64,000 bases of DNA from Asterias rubens (Eukaryota). The stretch is taken from assembly GCF_902459465.1 (NCBI RefSeq), contig NC_047070.1, positions 16,368,001 through 16,432,000 on the forward strand, read 5' to 3'. The notes under the pieces were generated by a model. The model saw only the letters and a list, made by a program, of their open reading frames with translations, was not told the origin of the DNA and searched no databases. A program made the translations under genes and the position numbers. This document shows, in pieces, positions 49,001 through 59,700 of this stretch (position 1 is its first letter; each line of letters starts with the position of its first letter).

Positions 49001-51175
49001 ATTAAGACAGGGATTGGCTTTATGTATAAACATGTACGTCGGATTTAGTTGTGAATCTTCAGGACCACGAATGCCACTTGAAATAAGTGGAAGTTCAAAG
49101 ATTATGGACGTGGGTTAAAAGGCAGATCTCTGGCGAAATTCACGAGACTCGAAGTGTGACGTCAGATGTTCAGGCTAAGAGTAGGCCTACTACAAAGGTT
49201 AGCGTGGAATGCTTGATTGTGTGCGCATGCGTGCTAGGCATACTACATAATATTACAAGCCGTTTATCAACCACACAGCTAGCACAGAAATTTGGGGTCT
49301 GCCCGATGTAAGTGGAGAATAGTGATCGCATGCGTCATATTTCGGCGGTGAGCGGAGCCACCGTAGAGCTGCTTTAGCACAAAAAGTCAAGCAATACAAA
49401 ACTATGCTTATGGAAATAAGATTACCAGTGAACCAAAACTGTCATGCCACATGTACAATTTGTGAGTGGTATCCTTCTCACTTATGCTAAGCAAGAATTT
49501 ATTTTGTAAGCAATATTTTCTGCTTAAGCAGCTCTATGAAACTGGGCACTGGTCGGTTGTTGGTTTCATCACACATCCCAAGACCGCCAACTTTTATGAT
49601 AAGCACAATCGTCTTTTAAAATAACTTTCAATATTAATTTTTGTTCTGCCTTTCAGGCCTTCAATGGCTTTGCTTATACTTCAAATGGTGTCGGCTTATC
49701 TTCAACTCCAACGCTACCTGCATTTCTGAACAAAACCCGGGAATATTGCACACTAACAATTGATGAGGTAAAACAAACAAGTGGAAATTTCCCCATAGTA
49801 ATAAAAAGTGTAGATCTGCCTGCCTGGGTTTAGGCAGCCCTAAGAAACTGAATTTAAACGGGATTTTACTCGCTTTTAGCGTATAAATTTTAACCCATTT
49901 CTGGGTTGTTTTGACACAGATTGCGGGTCAGTTTGATGCAGAAATGGGTCAAGCACAACATGGCCTAGACTTGACTCAAGTCCCAATCCAGTGCCATCGC
50001 CAGAAAACTGTTGTTTTGTGACGCCCCACATTTTGACGGCAAGCGCGCACTGCTTGCTATCGGGATTATTTGCTAGTAGTGTAGTTGGCGCGATATGCTT
50101 ATAATATTATAGGGACCTCTCACACGAGCACGGGACTTGAATCAAGTCTACACAGGACCCGGAATCTGCGTGATTTTTTATCCAGGGTGTTATTAAAGTG
50201 CGTACGTTATCGGGCATGTTTTCTCTCTTAGTTGGTAATTCTAGTCTATTTCTGGTTCTTTGGGGTTTTTCCAGCTCAACCGGCTACCGGAACAGTTTAA
50301 ATTCAAACTCAGGTTCTGCTTCCAGGGTATGTACATTCGAATCATACTTCTCGAAGCCTTCAAGTTTGAGGAGAGTAACTGGGATATGGAGTTCACATTA
50401 AAGGTAAACATATTTGTTATCTATATCAAGTAAATACCTGCAATTTGGCAATTTGTATTAAATAAATTAATATCAAACCAAATTGTCACTTGTTTTGTTT
50501 CTCGTGAGAGTGGAGCGGTGCATGTCAATAATGTTCACTACTTACACAAAAATATCGAAATTGTATTGACGTCTACATGTATATCGAAATATTGCATTGG
50601 CTGCTATATCGAACTTGCACTGTGGCTGCTATATCGAACTTGCACTGTGGCTGCTATATCGAACTTGCACTGTGGCTGCTATATCGAACTTGCACTGTGG
50701 CTGCTATATCGAACTTGCACTGTGGCTGCTATATCGAACTTGCACTGTGGCTGCTATATCGAAATTGCATTTGATGCTGAATAAAAGTTACAATATTTCG
50801 AAATTACATTGGATACTATATCGAAATTACAACGGCTAGGGCCTACTATATCGAAATGATATGATAGTTCAGTGCAGTCTAAGTACTGGTTGACTTTTGG
50901 TTGTGTTTTAAAATTAAAACTCTAAGGTAGTTTTGTTTCTTCCGATCTTTCAAAAGGTAAACAATGTACAGCTCGGCTGGTCGCTAGGCTACATGGTAGA
51001 CGCCACCAATCGGCTACCCGAGGAAAGGCCCTGTGTGGGACTCCTCCAAGCCAATATGATCGGTCTTCTCTTCATGTTGGTCATGATCAGCCTCTTAGGG
51101 TTGCTACTCGTTGTCTTAGGAGTCAAAATATCAGGCATGGCTTCACCTCCTTCATATCAAGCTGAAGTCGTTTAA
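36940..51175 (+). CDS. ENTPD: Ectonucleoside triphosphate diphosphohydrolase, CD39/ENTPD1-2-3-8-like cell-surface NTPDase, 9 exons, 518 aa
   Basis: Exons 36940-37071, 44986-45112, 46476-46620, 47215-47386, 47730-47984, 48568-48834, 49657-49767, 50275-50403, 50957-51175. All introns GT-AG with consistent phases; total 1557 nt. Apyrase regions DAGSSHT, GATAGMR, GQSEG..GW, DFGGAS, GWSLG. N- and C-terminal TM helices and the CD39-type cysteines are present. Exact subtype not determinable. Confidence 0.92.
37654..37806. mobile_element. Near-perfect palindromic MITE in NTPDase intron 1
   Basis: gggtgcgttcgtttagcttccctgggtcgaccccggtgtgtggcgg... and inverse, with tct on both flanks. Related copy at ~46630-46860. 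Confidence 0.8.
39859..40013. mobile_element. Palindromic MITE
   Basis: TIR ggagtgcgttttggcgaccccaaccaaaa / ttttggttggggtcgccaaaacgcattcc. Confidence 0.75.
42545..42803 (-). mobile_element. LINE (CR1/L2-group) RT C-terminal fragment, decayed
   Basis: Translates LNWDELAVRRNKSRLVTIYKEVHGL...TRSSH...(frameshift)KDCYRQSF, the typical LxWxxLxxRR...YK..GL...SF tail of non-LTR reverse transcriptases. Confidence 0.7.
44986..45112 (+). CDS. ENTPD: NTPDase exon 2 (ACR1)
   Basis: ttctttttaag|YGVVFDAGSSHTS...SDCTEDG|gtgagg. Confidence 0.93.
46476..46620 (+). CDS. ENTPD: NTPDase exon 3 (ACR2)
   Basis: tttgcag|...GQCLNTAKLAVP...TPVYLGATAGMRML|gtaagt. Confidence 0.93.
47215..47386 (+). CDS. ENTPD: NTPDase exon 4 (ACR3)
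   Basis: ttttccag|ETFPTK...ARILTGQSEGKDGWVSANYLAGNLGV|gtaggt. Confidence 0.92.
47730..47984 (+). CDS. ENTPD: NTPDase exon 5 (ACR4)
   Basis: ctattacag|VPASG...TFGALDFGGASLQISF...YTHSYLCYG...LVK|gtaaaa. Confidence 0.92.
48568..48834 (+). CDS. ENTPD: NTPDase exon 6
   Basis: aattcag|NSGYSSVLSNPC...GCY...CAEPPCSIDGVH..FK|gtttgt. Confidence 0.9.
49657..49767 (+). CDS. ENTPD: NTPDase exon 7
   Basis: tttcag|AFNGFAYT...REYCTLTIDE|gtaaaa; shorter than 60 aa so absent from the ORF track. Confidence 0.85.
50275..50403 (+). CDS. ENTPD: NTPDase exon 8
   Basis: tttttccag|LNRLPEQFKFKLRFCFQGMYIRIILLEAFKFEESNWDMEFTLK|gtaaac; resembles the CD39 YCFSGxYI...F...W segment. Confidence 0.85.
50581..50770. repeat. 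25-bp minisatellite, ~8 copies, in NTPDase intron 8
   Basis: Unit atatcgaacttgcactgtggctgct; degenerate atatcgaaat copies extend to ~50550 and ~50860. Confidence 0.93.
50957..51175 (+). CDS. ENTPD: NTPDase exon 9 (ACR5 and C-terminal TM, stop)
   Basis: ctttcaaaag|VNNVQLGWSLGYM...IGLLFMLVMISLLGLLLVVLGV...TAA. Confidence 0.92.
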   Translation, partial: VNNVQLGWSLGYMVDATNRLPEERPCVGLLQANMIGLLFMLVMISLLGLLLVVLGVKISGMASPPSYQAEVV

Positions 51176-51812
51176 CCTTTAAGAATTATCGAAAATTAGT
51201 ATCAAAATCTGAAATCCTTTTTACCGATTGAAAGACTATTTTTAATTTGAATAAATTAGAGAGTAATTTTTTTTGGCGATGAACAATGTAATGGGTAGTA
51301 ATTCTGGACAGTCTTGAAAGAAGATTGTTTGAAGTAATGCCCAATTTGTTTAAGTATATTTAATCTCAACTAAACTATTGACAACTCTGTCCATTCTAAG
51401 ATTTTTATCCATTGTAGAACAGCGCCCAGGTTACCATTAATTGGGCATTTCTTGTAAGAATTTTCATCCTGAAATATTATTTATTTAAAATATAAAGTTA
51501 AAAGAGGCTATAATTGGTGTTGCCAGGTAGTTAGCTTAAGTTAAAACTATATTTTGTGGAAAACTTTCGGTTTGTTCGGGTATCGAGTTCCAATCCTTTA
51601 GTTTTTCTGCAGTAACATGGTTGGGCTCAAGCTTGTTTTAAATTAAATAAGCTTTCCATTTACCAATATAAAGGAGACACGGTATACGGTAATTGAAGAC
51701 TCATTGTTTTAATAATGTATAAGACATAGGCCTTATTGAGAGGAATTGAGTAGATAATTCTTTATAGAAAGGACTGCGGTAGCACCATGTAATGATAAAT
51801 GAGTCTGGGTAG

Positions 51813-51960
51813 AAAGAACCGTTGTTTTCAACTCGACGTTTCCAGAAGACGATCAGAGCATACTGATCGAAACGTCAAGTTGAAACCAACGGTTCTTTTC
51901 AGAACCACCCCAGCCCATTTAGAGCTTATCATTACATGGTGTTACCGCAAACCTTTCTAT
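51813..51960 (+). mobile_element. Penelope-like remnant with variant hammerhead and terminal inversion
   Basis: CAGAAGA-C-GATCAG-agcata-CTGATC-GAA-ACGT-C at 51843-51876; 30-bp inverted arms at 51813-51842 and 51869-51898. Confidence 0.5.
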
Positions 51961-54900
51961 ATCTTATTTCCGACATTCAAAGTTTCAAATCCTACTTAGA
52001 TAGTTGTCCACACCTTTCACAGTTAGCGGGATAACCTAACGAAATCATCAAAGGAACTTGTACTGTGTGTACTCGTGGTTTCCCCCCCCCCTCCAATTTC
52101 CTCCTTGGTGTTTCCATTTTTACTTTGTACATACGTTGTAATGGTGTAAAAAATGTTGGTGGAAATTAAATCAACAAATTATTTGAATATCTGGAACTAT
52201 ATAGGTCTCTAACAGCCTGTTTTATCGGAGAATTGCTGTTGTTATTCCTTACTTGTTTTCTTCGCTAACAATCTTCCAAGTATGGTCGAAAATTACCAAA
52301 ATGAACTGATAAAAATAATATAGTATTAACTTATACAGTTCGGAGTCGCGTAAGTTTCATCTAAGGCCTGGGAGACCACAAATAAAAATGATTGTATAAT
52401 TTTGTTTTAATAACAAGACATTTGTTGATGTCAGAGTTGTGTAATTGCATGATAATAATAATGAAGACGGGTTTTTCCTTAACTTTGGCCGAATATGAAA
52501 TAGTGGATACTTTACAACGGCTGCGGCTGTTGCTAAGGGTTTTGCTGTAAGAAAGTCCTATACTCTAACGCATAATGACGCAGCGATACAGCCGTATGCC
52601 TACATGTGGTCCAAGCCGCAATTCTGTCACGGCCTTTTTAAAGATCATTTTCCACGGCAACCAGAACACATTATGGAAGCATGTTTGTTTTTAAAGTTTT
52701 CGTGTTTGGTTTGTTTGCCAACCCTTCAAATCTACGGGTCATCAAATCACAAACGCTTTTATTAATACGCCTGCGAGTGATTTTGTTCAACGCCTTTTTC
52801 AATGAATGAAAAATATGTTTTATACCTCAATGACATTTTGTGTGTGTGTATGGGGGGGGGGGAGTTTTGCACGTGTTTTTCCGTCCCGAACAAAGTGTGC
52901 GAGCACGTACGCCAAAAGCTTGAAATGTTGTGATGTCTTGTCAACACGAGTAAACTTGCTCGAGGTGCAACTCTTTATACAAGCCGACCCATTTCAAACT
53001 GAACACAAATACTGAGAGCCCATAAGTTACACCTAATTGGTGACCAGAATAAAACCGTCCGTCTAGCGTCAGACTCCAGACACTACTTGTTGTGAGATGC
53101 CTGAATGAAACTTTGGGAAGTGACCGTGAATCGTCCCAGTATCTGTACCGAGGATTTCAGCGACACCACGGCGGAGCAGTGATGGGGGCATTTCCATCAA
53201 TCCTCGTTGACTTTGGGAAATTCTCTTGATGTTTCCAAAGTCATTAACTGAAATTGATGCTTAATTATTATAAGTCGAATGCACCACCTCTCCACTGTGA
53301 TTGGACTCTACTTTGAAGATGGACAGCAACTCTGACGAGACTTATGGTTGCGCAAGCGATGGTCCAGCAGGTAATTTGTTTGTTGGTGGTTGTTTGTTTG
53401 TTTGTTTGTTTTTGTTTGTGTTTTTGTTTGGTTGTTGGGTGTTTATTGTGGTGTTTGGGTGTTTGTTTGTTTGTTGGTTTGTTTCTTTTGAAAACAATTT
53501 GTTTGAGGTAAATGTTTTTTAACATCACTTGTGCAATGACCAATGTGTACAGTACACAAAATCAAAGCCTCCTTCAAAAAACACATTGTCTCCCACTATG
53601 TAACATAGTTGTGATTCTGTCATTATTTTGGTTTAGTTCTATCGTCGTGGCCGTCTTGTGGTGTTTGTATTGTTTGTTTGTTGGGGTGTTGGGGTGTTGT
53701 TTGGTTTTGTTTTTTGCGTTTCGTTAATCCGTCTCGTTTTGATGTTATTGTTGTTACTATACGTATTGTTTTATAATTTAAATGATCTTATTACCTTCCT
53801 TTGTTTTATAAAGGCATCCCAGCTTACAAGCTTTGCTTTAATGGGCCATGCCTCCATACAGTTTTCAGTCTTGTTAAATCCTATTGTTTGTATTTGTATA
53901 TTGTGTTTGTATGGAAATAAATGTTGATTGATTGATTGATTGATTGACTTCACACGGAAAGTATTCACATTCAATTATTACTACTAGGCCTATAATAAAA
54001 CAAATTTTAATTTTTGGTTTCAATTAGAAAGACTTGAGAACAAAAGTTGTTGGTTCAATGAGTGTCGATCATTCCCCCATTCAATGGTTTTGAATTTTGT
54101 TTTAGCATAAATTGTAAGGAAGGCATTCAGTAATGGGCCCTGGCCAGAACTTACTGACCCGGTTCGGGCTTGCCCCATTCCCCCATTGTTAAACTAGTTC
54201 TGAGTCAGCCTGACCCATGAATGAATGGGTCAGCAGGCTACCTGATGGGACGGGATTCGAGTCATTTTGTGACCCGGGAGCTTTTAGACGATTCTTTGAC
54301 GGAATGTTTAGGCGTGGCGTTTTTACCAAGCCTTGGGTGAGCACAAACCTCTCCGGTGATTGAGCAAAGTTATTGAGTTATTTTAAACAATTATTTATTT
54401 CCCATTTGTATTCACCCTTAGCGATATTATAATGGGATTTGATAAACTGCATTGTGATGTAGGCCTAACCCATGGTGTTTCCACGAGCAAAGTAGGCCAA
54501 TCTATACTTTTTGGCCATTACTTTTTTTTTTTAATTAATAAATAATGTTTTCGTCAGGATTATGTATCTTTCTTTTCATTGGTCTGTTGCTGGTTTCTAG
54601 TTATTATTTCTGGTTTTTCAGTTGAGGCTATTCGCATGTCGTGCACCAAACTTCTGATGGCTTCGGTCGGATGAGAACTGGCTTAGTCCAAGGGCCTGGG
54701 CATTGCTTGGTCAATGTGACACTATGTAGGCCTAGCCCTACTACAAAGCGACATCGAAATCCTCAACCCAGTTACAATCGGATGCAAATAAATGACTGTT
54801 TCTTCTAAGATGGTCTGGAGCAGTTCTTCAATCGGCCCCCCCCCAAAAAAAAAAACAAAAAACTTTTATAAACGAACTATTTTCCACGCATCCACACTTT

Positions 54901-57658
54901 CAGGGGCGTACCCAGACATTTATATTCAGGGGGAGGGCAACCGTGGGCAAAGACATAACTTTCCATAATTCCTTTTTTTGAATTGCAACTTATCTCATTG
55001 TTCCGGCAGTGCGTTTCACAATTTAAGGGAAAATGTTAATTTTGAGATCTGTTACTAATGAATCGATTGCACAAGCAATAATCTTTTGTAAATTCAGAGA
55101 CACTTCACCAAATCAAATTTATGGGCACTTGAGTGAGCAGCAAACGTACCGTGCTGTGCCGTACCGTGCTGTGTCGTATCGTGCCCCTCGCAAAGAGCTT
55201 CTGATTTTAGATCGTGACATTTCCACTTTCCAGTAAAATAACAACAGGCATAGTTATGGTTCAACGAAACGAGGCCTGCTGCAAAAACAACAGAGACCGC
55301 CCGCCCGACCCCTCCGCCCCCTCCGCCCCGACCACCCCCCCCCCCACACAAGATAGCTGTCAACTATGTGACAACAGAGGGCGCACTCACCCGAAAGAAC
55401 ACCACACACGCAGGGCGGCGGCGAAAGATGAAAACCATCGATTTACTCCCAGACCAAAGTTGAATAATGACCTAAACTTTGCATCTGAAAAGGCATAAAA
55501 ACGGCAAAAATCCGGAGGTCAATACACCACGACACGTCGACGACACCGGCTTGAATTGTTGGACAAAGTTATTTTCGATCAATGTTTGTAAGCCACTAAG
55601 TAGCAGACGAGAAAAAGAGAATGTGTTGGGTGAGTGTGAAGGATTTATAAGTTGGAGGTGGGTGTGTAAAAACCAGACCGTCTCGGCAGTCAACCATCAC
55701 CATCTCAGTTTGGGTGGAGGTGGAGAATGGAGGAAGAAATTGGAGTGAGTAACTTTTTATTGCAAGTCTTGTTTTCTGGAGGATAATTTGGTTTACTATT
55801 CTGATGGACAGCTGCAGTTGGCAGAAAATTTGCAGTCATTTCTTGTTCGACATCTTGACTCTATATAAATCGTTTCATCAAATGGAATTAGCGAATGGCT
55901 GGACAGTTAGATGAACGGCGGTGAGATCTTGAAACCATGCGCAACACATAAACATATTTCATATGATTTCTTCTGGATGTTGGAATACACCCTCAACGAT
56001 TGCTATTTAAAGCAAACAATAATGATTGTACCTCTGTGAAACAATTGTGTGGATTGTTGTAATTCAATTCAATCTACATCATCATACATTGACATTGTAG
56101 GCCCTATCAATCTATTTACTTGCGAGCTCTTGTTTCTGGTCCAGATCTCCAATGCAATGGTTGGAAACAGAGTTGAGGAAATTTAAACCCAAGCCAGTTG
56201 TTCTCCACAGCTGAAGCGTGAAATCATCAACAAACACTTGCAGCAGTGGATTCGCTATTAACAATATCCGATAACCCATATCCAACAACAGTAACTACAC
56301 CAACCATCACCAACCCAGTGGGCGATCTAAATGGTCAATAGTACTACAATATAGTTTTCATTGGTCATAGAAGTCTCAAGGGGCTGTGATCTTCTGAAGA
56401 GAGTGATTCGGGTACAATTACACTGCTGCCAATCCACGTTGCCACAACTCTTTACAATATTTTGTTAGAGCACCAGTTCTAAGTAAATACCTAAGTACCA
56501 ATGTGTAACGCCTGTCAATCATTGAATCAGTAGGACTGGCCAGGAGTTATTGCCTGTTGTTGGGAAAAGATGTAATGAGGTAACGATGACAATTCAAGAC
56601 CCTGGCATGGTGGAATAATTCATGTATGTTTTCAGCATCACTAAACAGGGACTTCTGTGTATAGTCCTGTTTAATTGGTAGTCTGACCATTAAGAAAGGG
56701 AAAAGACACGTGTGCAGGAATATGTCTACGGTTCCCAGGCCACTGGCGAGATAAGCTGAAATCAGTGAGTAATAAAGCATAGCACCAGAAGGATCATTTA
56801 TGATACCAGGAGAAACGTGTGCCCAAAATTTGCAGTCTTCAATTCTTCACAGAGAAATGTTGTGTGTTATTTTAATGTGCTCTCTACTACATGGTGACTG
56901 TGGAGGATTGACTAAGTCAACAAGTGGAATTCTCTGATCATTTTCATCACACTGTACGGCTATTAGTGCCTCACTGCAGAGGGATGCAAGATTGTTTACC
57001 CATGGAAGCCGGCAATAAAAGAGCCATGTTTGCTGACACGTAACAAATACACAGTGGAATTATTTGTTTGGATACTCGTAGTTAAAGTATCACTGCATTT
57101 CACACGCACAACCAGATCATTCAAATCTCCAACAGATTTCAAGTGTTTAGGAACTTTGAAAGCGGTAAAACCATGGAATATATTCGGTCCATAGTTAACA
57201 ACAGTGTGAACAGTCAAACTATTTTGGGTGCGTGTAGCCTAAATCAAGGTTTCCAGATTTTAAAAGATTTGATAATGGTATTTAACTGACAGCCTTGGAA
57301 AGTGGCGGTAGCCATTTGATAACTTTATGGATCGTTGCCCGATACTAAAATGGAATTATTTATGATCGCCATTTAACTCTGAACGTGCAGTTACCAGGAC
57401 AAGTGATATTAAAAGGTCTCTTATCGTTCACTGCTGGACTCAATTTTGACATTTGGTTCGTTTGTGATGCACAGAAGGTTGTGTTATTCAAGTTCGGTTT
57501 CACAATGTGGTCGCTAAACATAAAAACAGGCGCAGCAACCAGGAATGGATTTAAATTCGTTGACGGAAAGTCGGCAGTGAAAACTATAAGCGGTGACCTG
57601 CTGCCGCGATGATGTAACAAATACTCTTTGAAAGAAAAACCTCACCACTTGCTCAAAG

Positions 57659-57902
57659 ATGAGTTTTCTCTTTGAGCCACTGCCGACTCTTCAAGAAGAT
57701 GAGGAGCTGGTGTCCATAACGGACATCTTGGGTCTTCGAAGAGGACGTCTGCGGGAGAACGAGATGTGGGCAGTGTGCAAGGAGACGATCTTGGCACTGG
57801 ACGCATTTAGGAGTGCTTCATTTGAGTTATTTAGTAAGCTGTATCTATGTCCAGATACTCTTGCGTTTGATAGCAGCAGTAGAGTTTGCTTCATCGACAC
57901 AG
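57659..57902 (+). CDS. KNDC1: KNDC1 (very-KIND) first KIND-domain coding exon; gene incomplete in window
   Basis: FEPLPTLQEDEELVSITDILGLRRGRLRENEMWAVCKE...LCPDTLAF...VCF closely matches the remembered KNDC1 N-terminus (FEPLPTLPEDEENVSLADIL...EAWAVC...PDTLAF...VCF). Donor acag|gtaaaa, phase 1. No further exon recognised before 64000. Confidence 0.82.
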
Positions 57903-58322
57903 GTAAAATTACAAACCATAATATTTTTGGGGGTTGAACAAAGAAAACATTGACTATATGTAGTGGGACGTGACCTCCGGATTAACGTGCCAGCAGGTTA
58001 ATCCGGAGGTTGCAGTACTGGCACGCTACTCGCTAGTAAATTTCTTTGTTCAACACAAAAACATTGTCAATATAAAAGTCAGATGCTCAGGGCCAAGTTC
58101 TTGTGCAAAATAATAATTATATTTTTTTTAAAGGATGTTCACAAAAACACTTCCAAAGACAAACTTTACCATATTTGAGCTGAGTTTGAGTTTTTTTTAT
58201 TAAATGTTGTAAATGGTGTATGTGATTGTTCCATCCAAACTTTAGGCTGTATCCGACTTGTCATAATGGTTACGGCTTTATCAATACTTCAAATGTCATC
58301 ATTGACTTCAGAACACCCTTAC

Positions 58323-58653
58323 AGGGTCTATGTAACATTTGTAGGACAAAAAACACAATGTCCACAGATTAACACTAACTTACACAGTTTGAAGATAATG
58401 ATAGTAGACAGCTTCCCTGAAAATATTACATGCTGAGGTGCTGTAGTTTTTGGGAAATGAGTAAAACAATGTCATGAAAATAATTTACGTCTCATGAGAC
58501 AAACGTATTTTCATTAATTTTTTTTACTCATTTCTCAAAAACTACAGCACCTCAGTAAGTAATATTCGGAGGGAAGCTTTCCACCATCATTATCTTCAAA
58601 CCCTGTAAGTTTAATGTAAATCTATGGACATTTTAAAAAAGTACCCAAATCCT
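58323..58653. mobile_element. Second Kolobok-like palindromic MITE family
   Basis: agg...cct termini with TTAA/TTAC flanks; internal inverted arms tgctgaggtgctgtagttttt / aaaaactacagcacctcag. Partial copy at ~28740-28935. Confidence 0.65.
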
Positions 58654-59340
58654 TTAAGAAACAACCACTACCAACATTCGTATGGTGATGGCCTTAAACC
58701 TTCCCAAACCTAACTGTAACCTATTCAACAAGACCTGTTTAAAGTCAAGAAGATTCCTGAACTTGAGATGATCAAAAACTACTTTAGAGGCCCACTGACT
58801 GATTGCACAATCAGACAGCTCTGTTCTAACTTACACTAGTTTGGACTGATCTCGACTATAATCGAGATGGTTGGGATGTTGTATTGTAGTGTTGGCCCAA
58901 TTTAAATGCATGGCCCTGCATACAGATTACCTAAAATCCCTGTTCACTTCATTAATTCTGCCATACATCTGCCGCAAACTTTAATCGTTTGAACAATGTG
59001 AACTGATTATGATTAAAAGTGTGAAAGCTGACAATGTAAGCTGGATACAAACTAAAATGACCTACTGGTGCTTAGCTGCAAAAATTGGTGAGGGCCATAA
59101 TGTTTGGACCCTAATATTCCTCAAAGATTATGACATATATGTAAGCTTTATGTGAAGATTGCCAATTATGGGTACACTTTTTATTACCAAGACACTAAAT
59201 GAAAAACAGATAAATATTTTGAGTCAACCCTTACACCACCATGTTTGAATACAAATTTCCACTCTTCAGGTGGACAGAATTAGATTATAAGCATTTTGTT
59301 TTGAATCCTGGAATTTTCAGAAACTCTCTTTCACTCACTC

Positions 59341-59700
59341 AACCAACCAGTCATTGATAAAAGTGTGCAGGAAATGTCTTGTTTTCTATTCCCTTAAAAC
59401 CATTCGCAAACATTGATGGTCCAAATATTATCCTTGATTCTTCACTGCTCTTTCTCAAAGCGACAGCAGATGACTGTATGGTCTTCTCTAAAGAGCAGTT
59501 TCTAAAAAAGAAAAAAAACTTGTGAAACCAACTAGTCATTGATGAAAGTGATTTATTTCCGTTCCCCTAAACCATATATTGATGGTCCAAATATTATCCT
59601 TGATTCTTTACTGTTTCTTCTCAAAACACCACCAGTTGACTTTATGGTCTTCTTAAAGAGCAGTTTCTGAAAAGAAAAAACCCAACGTTGTGAAATCATG
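59341..59700. repeat. Diverged tandem duplication, ~185 bp
   Basis: agtcattgat..aaagtg...attgatggtccaaatattatccttgattct...aaagagcagtttct occurs twice. Confidence 0.8.

Noticed and set aside
50581-50770. CRISPR-like array or repetitive protein ORFs (50518-50839)
   Set aside because: Contiguous 25-bp units without unique spacers in a eukaryotic intron; the ORFs are by-products of the repeat.
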